64,000 nucleotides of DNA from Candidatus Woesebacteria bacterium (lineage in GTDB: Bacteria > Patescibacteriota > Microgenomatia > UBA8517), in NCBI GenBank assembly GCA_016926185.1, contig JAFGPD010000010.1:1444-65443 (forward strand). Direction: 5' to 3'. Under the pieces are notes generated by a model that worked only from the letters and a program-made list of their open reading frames with translations, did not search any database and was not told where the DNA came from. The position numbers and the translations under genes were made by a program. Of the stretch, positions 26,714 through 37,260 are shown piece after piece. The first letter of the stretch is position 1. Every line of letters begins with the position of its first letter.

Positions 26714-27457
26714 ATGTCTAATATGGCAGCCAATAAAAAAACGTCCACGAAAAAGGTAACAAAAAAAACAAGTACTAAAAAAACCAAAACAATTGCTGAT
26801 AATACAAAAAAGTCAGAATCAAAAGGGTATGGGATTAAAAGCAGTGAAAAAAGTGTTTTGAAGAGTAAAAGATACATTGCTTTAGTATTTTTTTTGATTG
26901 TTGCTGGGACACTGTATCTTCTTCGCGGTCAGTATCTTGCAGCCTTAGTAAATGGTACTCCAATAACAAGATTTTCAGTACTGAAGCTTTTGGAGGATCA
27001 GTCCGGACAGCAAATTCTAGACCAGCTTGTAAATGAATCTTTGATAAAACAAGCTGCCAACAAGCAAAATATTGAGATCTTAGAAACTGATATAGATAAA
27101 GAGATCGATAGTATTTCCAAAAATATTGAAAGTCAGGGACAGAACTTGAATGATCTTCTGGCAATGCAGGGAATGACAATGGAGGATTTGAGAGAAAGAA
27201 TTGATACACAGCTTACATTAGAGAGATTACTGGAGGATAGGATTGGTGTAGAAAAACAGGAAGTTGATGATTATATCGAAAAGTATAGCGATTCAATTCC
27301 CGAGGACATGAGTGCAGAAGAGATAGAAGATCTTGCTCGTGAGCAGCTTGTGCAAAAAAAACTTCAAACAGAGATAACGAAGTACTTAGAAGAACTTCAA
27401 TCAGAAGCAAATATAATGTACTTCGGTGCGTATCAGGTAACTGCTGATACCGAGTGA
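26714..27457 (+). CDS. SurA-N/PrsA-like chaperone-domain protein, membrane-anchored
   Basis: First ATG at 26714 (the ORF opens at a TTG at 26681); Lys-rich N-terminus, one TM, then LVNGTPITRFSVLKLLEDQSGQQILDQLVNESLIKQAA, typical of the SurA N-terminal domain. Confidence 0.4.
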   Translation: MSNMAANKKTSTKKVTKKTSTKKTKTIADNTKKSESKGYGIKSSEKSVLKSKRYIALVFFLIVAGTLYLLRGQYLAALVNGTPITRFSVLKLLEDQSGQQILDQLVNESLIKQAANKQNIEILETDIDKEIDSISKNIESQGQNLNDLLAMQGMTMEDLRERIDTQLTLERLLEDRIGVEKQEVDDYIEKYSDSIPEDMSAEEIEDLAREQLVQKKLQTEITKYLEELQSEANIMYFGAYQVTADTE

Positions 27458-27458
27458 T

Positions 27459-28385
27459 CTAGCTTGATTTGTCTACATCCGGAGTTTCCAGTTCAATTTG
27501 AATATTGGTGGCAGTAGGTACTTCATTTTGTATCGCATTTTCGATCTTGTCGATCAGTTGTTCGATCTCGTCAGTGCTTAACTCATTTGATAAATGAACC
27601 TCGATATTCACTAGTAACCTGTTAGTTCCGATACGAAGTGTTCTTAGGTCCAATACTTTTTTTACATCAGGGAAATTTTCTGTGACCTTGATTATTTTTT
27701 CCTCCACTTTAGCTGATGCAGACTGACCCACCAAAAGATCCCTTGCACCCTCAATGATAAAAAGCGCCAGGATCGCCAGTGTGATCCCTATTGTCATTGC
27801 ACCCAGTCCATCAAAACGATAATTGCCGGTCAATGAATAAAAAACTAAAGAGATGAGTCCAAGAATTGAAGCGATAGTGCCCATCATGTCGATGACCAGC
27901 GTTGTTTTGGTCTCAATAAAGGCAGAATGCACAATGACACCCCATATATTTTTAAGAGAATTTTTTCCTAAAAGACGCCTCATTGAAAGTGACATTGAGT
28001 AGCCATTAGTTATTGATGCTATGATAAGTGCGATTATGGCAAGGGAAATATTTTCTATTGGTTTAGGATCGAGAAATCTTTTTAGACCAAAGTAAAACGA
28101 TGCACCTGCTGTGATCGTAAAGGTTGCCAGAGCCGATAAAAATGTCCAAAAGTATAACTCTCTGCCGTACCCGAAAGGATGATTTTTATCAGAAGGGATA
28201 TTGGACCTTTTTATACCAATTAAAAGAAAACCAGCCGCTAAAAGATCAGCAGCTCCTTCTAGAGCCTGAGATAGCATAACGACACTTCCTGATATAAAAG
28301 CTAGTAATATGTTTATGGCAACATCAGAAAAGCTGACTATAACAGAAGTCCGGACTGCCTTTTTTGCTGTGATCTTTTTGTCCAC
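27459..28385 (-). CDS. Cation diffusion facilitator (CDF) family metal efflux transporter
   Basis: GTG start; six TM segments; HPFGYGRELYFW motif; cytoplasmic C-terminal domain. Confidence 0.75.
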   Translation of the reverse strand: MDKKITAKKAVRTSVIVSFSDVAINILLAFISGSVVMLSQALEGAADLLAAGFLLIGIKRSNIPSDKNHPFGYGRELYFWTFLSALATFTITAGASFYFGLKRFLDPKPIENISLAIIALIIASITNGYSMSLSMRRLLGKNSLKNIWGVIVHSAFIETKTTLVIDMMGTIASILGLISLVFYSLTGNYRFDGLGAMTIGITLAILALFIIEGARDLLVGQSASAKVEEKIIKVTENFPDVKKVLDLRTLRIGTNRLLVNIEVHLSNELSTDEIEQLIDKIENAIQNEVPTATNIQIELETPDVDKSS

Positions 28386-28616
28386 TATTTAATCATACAA
28401 TATGTTGTATTATATTTTGAATTATACACATGTCATTTCATAAATTTCTTATCATTGCGAGCGATGTGCAGTGATCTGGAAGATCTTTTCTTTAGGCAGT
28501 CGAAGGATTACTTCGTCGTGGACTCCTCTCGATGATCCCGATTAGATTGTTGCAACGTCCAATGGAGCACTTAGGAGAGGATGTTGGATGTAATCCAAAA
28601 AAGAATTTGAAGAGGA

Positions 28617-31600
28617 TTATTTCTTTCTTCTTTTATTTTTAAAGTGGATTAGTATAAAGACTAGTACACCGCCACCGAGTAGTACAACATTTGCAATTAC
28701 GAAAAGTGCTAATCCTGAAAAAGTCGGGGTAGAAGTTGTCCCCAGACTGCCTGAAGGTGATAGGTTAAATGTGCCAGCACTATCGAAATCACTAACTGGT
28801 GCCGACTTTTCTGCGATCCCAAGAGAGCCAAACATTTGAATACCACCACCTGATAGGGGGTTAGACATAATCCCTTCAGGAGTCAGATTAATGGTTTGTC
28901 CTTGTCCTCTAGTTTCGGCTCTGGGTGTTGTCTCATCCCTATATCTGTCTAAATTCTCAGACAGGCTTTCTAAGGTATTAAGCTGGAATTCATTTACTAG
29001 TGCGATCAAAGATGAGTGTGGACCCACAATTGAATTGTTTTTGGAAAAATCGTTGAAGTTGTCTAAAAAGGCTACCTGAGTATTAAGGTTAGCTTTGGTT
29101 GTTGAATACAAGCCTTTTAGGAATTTACTAGCAAATAAATATGACACTAAGTCGCCAGTACTGGTTGTTTTGATTTCGTTCCAGCCGGCCAAGTTATACA
29201 TGTTTGGAGAACCAGAGTCAGTATAGTAGCTGAAATATTCACCCGAAGCCACTAGCTTTTTACCATCAACCTCTACCTTTTCAGCATCAATTATTGCGCT
29301 ATTTAAAGCAGCTGTGAAATTGTCAAACGAAGAACCTCCGCTTTGCAGAATGTCTGTAGTAATGTTTGTAGTATAGGGAGGAATGGTCTCGCCGTGTACT
29401 ACATAAAGCGAGACATCTTTGTTTAGCCTTGTTGTATTATTGGAGGCGGGCTGTTGCGAGTCGGTTATAAGTATTACAAAATCATAATCACTTTTCTCCA
29501 GCTTGTTATAGGAATTTATCCAATTACCTATCCCAAAGTAGTTGATACTAAGATCTTTATCTAAATTATCTTTTTCAAGCTTTTTAGGTTCAGATATTAG
29601 GTCATTGAATTTAACCAGGTAAACGTCGTTATCTTCAATTAGTTGACTGTTGTGGAGCATATCAACTGCTTTTTCAATTTGTTTATTCTCCTTATTTGCA
29701 TAGGATACATCTGCTGCTATTGCGATCTTCAGACCGCTTGCAATATCTGTTAAGGAAAGTTCATTTTTATTATCACACTCGACGTTTTTACCAGAACTTG
29801 CGATCTTTGTATTGGGTACAAGATAAGCGCTGTATGAAGCAAAATTGTTTTGTAGCTGAATGTCATTTTGGAGACTGCACAGTTTTTTACCAAGTTCTTC
29901 ATAATTATTGTCCTGAATGTAATTATCTTCGACCAAAGCAACCTTTCCATCAACTCTTACTTCTTCCAAAACTTCTTTTGTCTTGATATTTTCCTCTTTT
30001 GTATATACCGGAAGGGGGTAGCCATCAGGTTCGACGGGCGTGATATATGTAAATTTAATTCTTTGATTTCTGCCGTTGAGTATCGTACGATTGTTTTTCG
30101 AAGGCACAGGATAAACTCGCAGTCTGTATTGTGTTGGTCCGGTTTGCTCCAGAAGTGCCGGATCACGTCTTCTGACGATCTGTCTTTCATAAGTTTCCTG
30201 AGCGGCACCCTTTGGCGCTATTACACCGGTGAATTCAAGATTGGGACCCAGCAGTAACTCCGTAACAACAGCGTCCTCAGGAAGAGAGAATTCATATATT
30301 ACTTCCTGATCACTGAAGGCCGAGTTAGTATATACCTCGTCAATACTGACTTTTACTATCAATCCTTCGTTTGAGGTTTCTACATTAATATCCCTTGAGA
30401 AAAGCTCGACGTTTTTTGCCGAACTGACATTTCTTGCGGTTTTGTAAGTTTCGCCAAAAAGATAATTATAAGCATTTCGGGCTTCGTAATTTCGGTCAAG
30501 ACTTCCCTGATAAACAAAAGGATAAGCCAAAGTTGTGAATGAATCGTGAATTATTTCAGCACCCAATCCTTCTATCCCGAAAACCTCTTCGTATGCATCT
30601 TTGATGAAATCATCATCTTTGGCCATTAAGTATCTGCGTCTGACGTTTGTTAGATTATCGAAGGCTCTTTTGATCTGATCTTCTTTATCAAGAAGCCCCA
30701 TCGCTATCTCTTCTTTTTCCTCAAAGGTTTCTGCCTCATGTAGATCTTCCAACAGGTTGATATATCTGTCGGCACTGGGCTGATAGGAAACACCGAATAC
30801 TAGTGCAAACCAGACGAAGGCAAATATATAAAGATATTTTTTGACATTTACCGCCCCGATCTTTTCCGAAACCTCTTTGGCTGATCTTTTAAATATCTTT
30901 GCAAGAGAGTAGGTCAGAAGATATGGAGCTGAGGTTAACGCTAGTGCAAGAGCTATCCCCATCCCTCCAAAAGTTATTGCGATCAAGATACCAAAAGGGT
31001 TAAATCTTCGATATGAAGAAACTGTCGCTTCAACAATGTCATATGAGATGTATTCATAAACTATTTTTGAAAGTGTTCCTAGGACAAGGGGAGTGAAGTA
31101 GGTGAATAACAAAGTTATATAAAAAGAAGTAAGAAATAGAGATTCTCTCAGAAAAAGCACGATATAGTTATATTTCTCTGATTTGAATGTGATCTTCATC
31201 AGATTGATTAAAAACACAGGTATAGCAAAGATAAACATCAGCAGAAGAAACCAGACAAAGGGACTGGGGGTAGAGAAAACGTTTGCACATACTATAGAGA
31301 TAAATACAAGCGGGACTTCGAAAAGCAAAAAAAGTTTGGCAAGTTTTTCCGGTGTTATCTTCTCTTTGTACTTAATGACGATAAATGAAGTGACAAAGGG
31401 AGTAAATCCTGCGATAAGCAAAAATGCCAATCTTGCCAGACCGATATTTTTGACAGTTTCGATGATGTTTCCGTCCGTAACTGCGCTGAAATTTATATTG
31501 GTAATAAAACTAAAGATTATTAAAAGAAAAATTGCATTGTATCCCCAAAATACTAGGTTCACGATGAACTTTCCCGCTTCGCTTGGAAGCTTGAGCTCAT

Positions 31601-32000
31601 CTTCTTTCACTGAGTATTTAGGTTTTTTCTTATCTCTTTTATCTAAGTAGTCGAGGAGTTCATAGTCGATTTTTGGACTTTTTTTATTATCAATCTCCGG
31701 TTTTCTATCAGAAGAATCTTTAAGTTTTTCGATTAGAACTTCACGAGCGATCTTTTCGGCGATCGGGGAGAATGTGTCGGGGGTTACTTCATTCTTATCT
31801 CTCATTAATCGGATCTCTCCGCTTTTTGCATCCACAACTACGTCCACGGTTTTGGTTTCGGCTGGATAGAGTTTGTGATACTCACTTAGGACTTTGTCGT
31901 GGATCTCTGAGACTATTGTGGAGTATGAAACACCCTTTTGTGTTACAAGATCTGCTAAATTTGCAAACTCGCTTTTTTCCATAGAACTTTGACTATACAT
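28617..32000 (-). CDS. Giant (1127 aa) polytopic membrane protein with a large extracytoplasmic domain and a C-terminal Gly-rich motif + TM + basic tail
   Basis: About 10 hydrophobic helices in the N-terminal third; C-terminus ...GTFNLSPSGSLGTTSTPTFSGLALFVIANVVLLGGGVLVFILIHFKNKRRKK. Confidence 0.5.
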   Translation of the reverse strand: MYSQSSMEKSEFANLADLVTQKGVSYSTIVSEIHDKVLSEYHKLYPAETKTVDVVVDAKSGEIRLMRDKNEVTPDTFSPIAEKIAREVLIEKLKDSSDRKPEIDNKKSPKIDYELLDYLDKRDKKKPKYSVKEDELKLPSEAGKFIVNLVFWGYNAIFLLIIFSFITNINFSAVTDGNIIETVKNIGLARLAFLLIAGFTPFVTSFIVIKYKEKITPEKLAKLFLLFEVPLVFISIVCANVFSTPSPFVWFLLLMFIFAIPVFLINLMKITFKSEKYNYIVLFLRESLFLTSFYITLLFTYFTPLVLGTLSKIVYEYISYDIVEATVSSYRRFNPFGILIAITFGGMGIALALALTSAPYLLTYSLAKIFKRSAKEVSEKIGAVNVKKYLYIFAFVWFALVFGVSYQPSADRYINLLEDLHEAETFEEKEEIAMGLLDKEDQIKRAFDNLTNVRRRYLMAKDDDFIKDAYEEVFGIEGLGAEIIHDSFTTLAYPFVYQGSLDRNYEARNAYNYLFGETYKTARNVSSAKNVELFSRDINVETSNEGLIVKVSIDEVYTNSAFSDQEVIYEFSLPEDAVVTELLLGPNLEFTGVIAPKGAAQETYERQIVRRRDPALLEQTGPTQYRLRVYPVPSKNNRTILNGRNQRIKFTYITPVEPDGYPLPVYTKEENIKTKEVLEEVRVDGKVALVEDNYIQDNNYEELGKKLCSLQNDIQLQNNFASYSAYLVPNTKIASSGKNVECDNKNELSLTDIASGLKIAIAADVSYANKENKQIEKAVDMLHNSQLIEDNDVYLVKFNDLISEPKKLEKDNLDKDLSINYFGIGNWINSYNKLEKSDYDFVILITDSQQPASNNTTRLNKDVSLYVVHGETIPPYTTNITTDILQSGGSSFDNFTAALNSAIIDAEKVEVDGKKLVASGEYFSYYTDSGSPNMYNLAGWNEIKTTSTGDLVSYLFASKFLKGLYSTTKANLNTQVAFLDNFNDFSKNNSIVGPHSSLIALVNEFQLNTLESLSENLDRYRDETTPRAETRGQGQTINLTPEGIMSNPLSGGGIQMFGSLGIAEKSAPVSDFDSAGTFNLSPSGSLGTTSTPTFSGLALFVIANVVLLGGGVLVFILIHFKNKRRKK

Positions 32001-32260
32001 ACACTTTATATCTCCTGAAAGCTCTTTTCAACAACAACTTATAATCTGATATTAGTCGTTAAATGAAAGAAAGGCTTAGTGAAATTGAAAAAGAGCTGGG
32101 AGAAAATTTATTTGTAAAATGGCCAACGAAGGCGGTTATTATTTTGGTAGTTCTGGGATTTTCTATTGGACTGATAAGAGAAACTATAAAAACGGCTTCA
32201 GTTGTATAAATTAACATTAAAAATATTTCATTCTTTGTAGTATAATAGTAATACAAAGAC

Positions 32261-32779
32261 ATGACCTCAAAGACGGGGACAGTGTTCATTAGCCCGCCAG
32301 ATGAGGATGATCTGCAGGAAAAAGAAGAATTAGAAGGCTCGGATGGCGGTGAGCTTGATAATCTTGCTCGTAAAGCAAGGTGGATTATTTTTGAGTGTTC
32401 TTCGAAATCATCATTTCTTTCCGCTTCAAAGGACAGGTTAACAATTTGTCCTAATAGAGTTACTATCACTAAAAAGAGTCTTTTTACTATGGATGAATAC
32501 CCTATGCCTATTGAAAATGTCACTAGTGCCAGGGTTTACTCTCATTTCAGGAATGCTTCACTTATTATTGAGACATTTGGTGTTCCAACGCCCGATCCTG
32601 TAAAAAATCTGGATGTCAATGACGCCAGGCTTGCAAGGCGATATATTCAAGCACTGGTCCAATGCAAGAAAAATAACATAGACCTTACACATTTAAGTTT
32701 AGAAGAGCTGAAAAATAAACTTAAAAGAATTGGAATGGTCCAATACAGTACAGAGGAGAAAGATTATCACAAGATATAA
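32261..32779 (+). CDS. Hypothetical protein, possible bacterial PH (bPH_2-like) domain
   Basis: VTITKKSLFTMDEYPMPIENVTSARVYSHFRNASLIIETFG. Confidence 0.35.
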   Translation: MTSKTGTVFISPPDEDDLQEKEELEGSDGGELDNLARKARWIIFECSSKSSFLSASKDRLTICPNRVTITKKSLFTMDEYPMPIENVTSARVYSHFRNASLIIETFGVPTPDPVKNLDVNDARLARRYIQALVQCKKNNIDLTHLSLEELKNKLKRIGMVQYSTEEKDYHKI

Positions 32780-32836
32780 CTTCGCAACGCTTTATAGTTG
32801 AATATATTCCTGTGTAGTTTTGTATAATTATTACAA

Positions 32837-33121
32837 ATGCGCAAAAAAACACAAAAGGACCAAAAAGCTTCTTCAAAAGAAGATATATTAGATAAGATAA
32901 AAAAAACCCAGGAAAGATTAATAGTATCACTTGCAGCTGCATGGGAAACGGCACCCGACGATCCCAAGATCCGGGAAAAGTTAATGAAAGCTTCAGAAAA
33001 GGCCGTAAAATTGAGAGAAAGCATCTATAAAGATGTTTTAAAAGAGGAACCTCCAGATGTTAGGGAATCTTATACAAATTTGAGAGAGAAGCTTGAGAAA
33101 GAAATAAAGGATAGAAAATAA
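32837..33121 (+). CDS. Hypothetical small charged helical protein
   Basis: 94 aa, Lys/Glu-rich. Confidence 0.35.
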   Translation: MRKKTQKDQKASSKEDILDKIKKTQERLIVSLAAAWETAPDDPKIREKLMKASEKAVKLRESIYKDVLKEEPPDVRESYTNLREKLEKEIKDRK

Positions 33122-33631
33122 ATGGAAAATAGAATAGTTGTGGTAAACGATAAGATGCAAAAAGACTACAAATACGTTCTCAGTGAGCCTATTGGGAAGA
33201 ATTTTGATCCGGAATTTAAGCCGCAATTATCTCCTAAGCAGATGTTAAAACTAGGTGTGTTTGGCGGAAAGTATTTGAATGATTGCAAAGACGAATTCCC
33301 TAAAGATTGGTACAAGGATGCGAAAATGTCTCCGGAAAGAAAAGATGTCTCTAAAAATCATTTTGGTGTTGATGCCAGTCAGCCCCTTTCTTTTTGGATC
33401 AATAAAGGCTGGATATATCCCGAAGACCCGCGAGGCTGGTTTCAATGGTACTGCCGCTATTATATGGGCAGAAGGCTTCCCAAAGAAGATAAAAGACAAA
33501 TTGGCAGATGGAAAGCGATGGTCAGGCATATTGCGCAGATAAGAAAAAATTGTAAACCTAAAGACCTTAACTGCAGGAAAAGACAGCGGCAGGCTCTTTT
33601 GCATTGGGCATATGACAGCAGAAAGATATAG
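33122..33631 (+). CDS. Hypothetical protein (Trp/Tyr/Arg-rich, basic C-terminus)
   Basis: 169 aa; GWIYPEDPRGWFQWYCRYYMGRR; start codon abuts the upstream stop. Confidence 0.35.
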   Translation: MENRIVVVNDKMQKDYKYVLSEPIGKNFDPEFKPQLSPKQMLKLGVFGGKYLNDCKDEFPKDWYKDAKMSPERKDVSKNHFGVDASQPLSFWINKGWIYPEDPRGWFQWYCRYYMGRRLPKEDKRQIGRWKAMVRHIAQIRKNCKPKDLNCRKRQRQALLHWAYDSRKI

Positions 33632-33658
33632 TCAAAACGGCTAGATCATAATTTAGAT

Positions 33659-34846
33659 ATGGGAAAGAAAATAGCACTTTTTTTGGTAGTAATAACAGTA
33701 TTGGCATATGTTTTATATTTTTTCAGAGAGGATATTGAAAGAGTATTCTTCAAGCCGACTGATACAGATATTGAAATTGGAGTTACAAGAAAAGAACTTG
33801 ATCAAAAAACTACTTCTATAACTCCAAACAAACAAAGCGCGGATGATAAAAAAGAGGATGTGAAAGTTATTGCAACAGGTTTAAGAATTCCCTGGGAGAT
33901 TGCGTTCATAGATGAAAATACGATGTTGGTTACAGAAAGGACTGGAGATCTATTAAAAATAAACACAAGCGGTGATATTTCCCTTGTGGGAAATATTGAT
34001 GGTGTGGAAGATATTGGTGAAGGAGGACTTTTGGGTTTGGCCCTTCATCCAAAATTTGCAATCAACGGATGGATTTATCTCTATGTCACGGCAAGAAGCG
34101 GTAATGAATTGATCAATAGAATTGAGAGGTATAAATTTGATGGAAGTATCCTGTCAGAGAAAAAGATAATAATTGATAATTTACCTGGCGCAAGATATCA
34201 CGATGGCGGGAGAATTAAATTCGGTCCGGATGGATATCTTTATATGACAGTTGGTGATGCTGAGAATGAAAAGAAAGCTCAGGATAGAAACTTATTATAT
34301 GGCAAAATATTACGGATCACTGATGAAGGACAAGTTCCCGAAGGTAACCCTTTCGGAAATGAAGTATACTCCCTGGGTCATAGAAATCCTCAGGGACTTG
34401 CGTGGGACAACAGAGGCAGGTTGTGGTCGACTGAACATGGACCTTCTGGAGTAAATTCAGGTTATGATGAACTTAACCTGATCTATAAGGGTCTGAATTA
34501 TGGCTGGCCAAATATTATAGGTGATACTTGGGAACCGGATCTGGAAATTCCAATAATTCAATCAGGAGCAAGTGATACTTGGGCACCCGCAGGGTCAGTT
34601 TACTGGGGCGGTTCGATATTTTTTGCAGGCCTTAGAGGTGAAAGCTTGTATGAAGTAAATATCGCTGATATTAAAAATCCCAAGATCAAGTCACATTTTC
34701 ATAAAGAGTTTGGCAGACTGAGAGCATTGGCTATTGGTCCGGATGGATATTTTTATGTTTCTACAAGTAACACCGATGGTCGCGGAGATGCTGAACCTGA
34801 AGATGACAAGATAATTAGAATTAATCCCACTGTTTTCAGAAGGTGA
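33659..34846 (+). CDS. PQQ-dependent soluble glucose/sorbosone dehydrogenase-like beta-propeller protein (YliI family)
   Basis: Signal/TM anchor; GLALHPKF...YLYVT; HDGGRIKFGPDGYLYMTVGD; GHRNPQGLAWD. Confidence 0.7.
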   Translation: MGKKIALFLVVITVLAYVLYFFREDIERVFFKPTDTDIEIGVTRKELDQKTTSITPNKQSADDKKEDVKVIATGLRIPWEIAFIDENTMLVTERTGDLLKINTSGDISLVGNIDGVEDIGEGGLLGLALHPKFAINGWIYLYVTARSGNELINRIERYKFDGSILSEKKIIIDNLPGARYHDGGRIKFGPDGYLYMTVGDAENEKKAQDRNLLYGKILRITDEGQVPEGNPFGNEVYSLGHRNPQGLAWDNRGRLWSTEHGPSGVNSGYDELNLIYKGLNYGWPNIIGDTWEPDLEIPIIQSGASDTWAPAGSVYWGGSIFFAGLRGESLYEVNIADIKNPKIKSHFHKEFGRLRALAIGPDGYFYVSTSNTDGRGDAEPEDDKIIRINPTVFRR

Positions 34847-34860
34847 AAGATCTGTGAGAT

Positions 34861-36498
34861 TTAAGAATACAGAAACTTATCATAATTTTCCAACATCTTT
34901 TTAGCACTGAAATTACTGGAAAGCTCAATTGATCTTTTCATTCTTTCTATCCATTTCAGTGGAAGGCCTGCCTCATTTCTTTCGTAATACTGCGGAATTA
35001 TCTCATTTTCCAAAAGATCGTAAAAATCTTCTGCGACATTTTCTGGGTCTATGTTCCAGCCTATTCCTTTCCAATCTACTTCATATGTCCAGCCATCCAA
35101 TACCGTGCAATTCAGCACACCATTGCTGATGGCTTTCATACCACTTGTGCCGCATGCTTCAAGATTGCCTTTTGGGGTATTAAGCCAAACATCAGAACCG
35201 GAAGTTAAGTGATTGGCCAAAGATATATTGTAATTGGGTACAAATATTGCATAACCGTTAAGTTCAGTTCCAAAGAGTTTAATGATATCTTCAATTAAGT
35301 ATTTTGCATTTGGATCGGCACTGTGGCTATTTCCGGCAAAAAGGATTTGCACCTCTTTGCTTGGCTTGGCGATGATATTTTTCAATCTCTTAATATCTTT
35401 AAAAATTGCTTTGGGTTGCTTGTATTCGGCCAGTCTTCTTGCCCAGGAGATCACAAGCCTTTTTGGATCATACCCAAAACCAGTTCTGTCTACCACCGTT
35501 TCCATTAGTTCCTCCTTTTTCTTTTGATGAAGTGCCCAAAGCTCCTCATTGGATATATTGGGATCTCTGAAGTCACTGTCTTGCCATCTTGGAAGATAAA
35601 CACCATTTGTTATAGCTGTCCAATTATATTCAGGGTATTTCTTTCTGGCATATTCACCATGCACTTGGGATACCGCTGATCGTTTGTTAGATATGTTCAG
35701 TGCAAAATGTGTTATTGAGAATTTATCTTTTCCAACGAGACCCGGTTTGATAATTTCATCAACTTCAACACCTAATTCTGTTGCAAATGGCTTACCCCAA
35801 AAACGCACAGCATCAGCAGAGTAGGTAGGGTTTCCAGCCTCGACTAGAGTGTGGTTGGTATATACGATTTTCTCTTTTGCCTTTTCCCATGCTTTGCTGA
35901 AACTTAAGTCTTCATCCTGCATAAAACCTTTTGTTATTTCCCAGATGGCAAATATTGGTCTTCCCTCATTGAAATGATATTTTCGGGGTGTTACATTAAG
36001 TATTCTTAAAAGACACGCACCTCCTACACCGAGAATTATCTCTTGTCTTATCTGACTGGCTTCGTCACCCTGATAAAGTGCATCCATATCATGTACCCAT
36101 TCGGATGGATTGTCGTCAAGATCGGTAGACAGGAAAAATTGAATAGCTGTATCTGAAAGCCTTAAATGATAAGCCTTGACGATCACTTCTTTGGAAGGTG
36201 TTGGTAAAGTGAATTTGAGCAGTTTTCCATTTACCGTAGTTTGTCTTAAAAATGATGTGTCATGATCGAATTCAGAATCTTTCCTTCTTTCCTTCCCTTC
36301 ATGATTTATTTGTTGAATAAATTGTTTACCTCCATACAAAAGTCCAATACCGATCATCGGAAAATGGTTTGTTCCCGCTGCATTTATCAGATCTCCTGCA
36401 AGGATCCCAAGTCCACCGGCGTATGTAGGAAGGTCGTTGTCGATGGCGAATTCTGAGCAAAGGTAGGCAACAGGATTTTTGATGCTGGACAGTTTCAT
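34861..36498 (-). CDS. Alpha-glucan (glycogen/maltodextrin) phosphorylase, GT35 family
   Basis: AGGLGILAGD near the N-terminus; TNHT; PLP-lysine region ACGTSGMKAISNG. Confidence 0.8.
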   Translation of the reverse strand: MKLSSIKNPVAYLCSEFAIDNDLPTYAGGLGILAGDLINAAGTNHFPMIGIGLLYGGKQFIQQINHEGKERRKDSEFDHDTSFLRQTTVNGKLLKFTLPTPSKEVIVKAYHLRLSDTAIQFFLSTDLDDNPSEWVHDMDALYQGDEASQIRQEIILGVGGACLLRILNVTPRKYHFNEGRPIFAIWEITKGFMQDEDLSFSKAWEKAKEKIVYTNHTLVEAGNPTYSADAVRFWGKPFATELGVEVDEIIKPGLVGKDKFSITHFALNISNKRSAVSQVHGEYARKKYPEYNWTAITNGVYLPRWQDSDFRDPNISNEELWALHQKKKEELMETVVDRTGFGYDPKRLVISWARRLAEYKQPKAIFKDIKRLKNIIAKPSKEVQILFAGNSHSADPNAKYLIEDIIKLFGTELNGYAIFVPNYNISLANHLTSGSDVWLNTPKGNLEACGTSGMKAISNGVLNCTVLDGWTYEVDWKGIGWNIDPENVAEDFYDLLENEIIPQYYERNEAGLPLKWIERMKRSIELSSNFSAKKMLENYDKFLYS

Positions 36499-36552
36499 AC
36501 TATTTATAGATTATCATTAATCATTATTCGACACTAGTTTTATGATGATAAG

Positions 36553-37161
36553 CTAAAATAGTCCTTCCTGTTTGATCTCTATCTCATTTTCAGGATAGGA
36601 GAAATCTACATCAAATCTTCTTACTGTATTCCATTTATCTTTGAACATCAGGTGACTATTTTTAAACCCGAAATCATAAACTTGCTTGGTGATGTCTACA
36701 TCGGACTCACAATATCTTTTTAATTTGTCCAAACTTTCTTTGTCACCTTTTTTCCAATACAACACTGCATTTATACCAACATCTATCTTTTCAGTATCAA
36801 GAGTTTCCTTTGCAATTGAATCAAGACTGATCCTTTTCCCTAGAGAAGCTTTTACTTGGTCCATAATATCAAAATGTTTCAGTCTTTCAAAGGGGAACGG
36901 AGAGTATGGCTGAAGAGCCGGAATGTCAAAGTGAAAAGTGTTAAATCCGATTATTCTGTCAGCATTTTGAAAATACTCCCACATTTTGGGAAAATCATTT
37001 TCCCAGAAGCTTAACATTTTACCTGAAATTTCGTTCAAACTATCATCCAGTGACCTGTTATATAGTGAAATCACGGATACCCCCAGATCACCTGGGTTAT
37101 CTCCTTCTATTTCACTGAATAGTTTTTTGGTTTCAACGTCGAAAATAACTTCGTTTATCAT
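36553..37161 (-). CDS. DEDD-type 3'-5' exonuclease-like protein
   Basis: Candidate exo motifs FDVET (I), FNTFHFDIP (II), YCESDVD (III). Confidence 0.45.
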   Translation of the reverse strand: MINEVIFDVETKKLFSEIEGDNPGDLGVSVISLYNRSLDDSLNEISGKMLSFWENDFPKMWEYFQNADRIIGFNTFHFDIPALQPYSPFPFERLKHFDIMDQVKASLGKRISLDSIAKETLDTEKIDVGINAVLYWKKGDKESLDKLKRYCESDVDITKQVYDFGFKNSHLMFKDKWNTVRRFDVDFSYPENEIEIKQEGLF

Positions 37162-37260
37162 CAGGTTTACAGTATATCAGTCAGTTTTAATTTGAAAAAG
37201 TATTCAAGTAAACGGTTTGACGGATTTTGTAATAAAATATAAACTGAAAAACGCAATTAT

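Noticed and set aside
28508-28599. 92-nt element with a 7-bp terminal helix (GGATTAC/GTAATCC) considered as a long-arm tRNA
   Set aside because: No TTCRA T-loop, no D-arm consensus and implausible cloverleaf on either strand. Kept only as a generic structured-RNA candidate.
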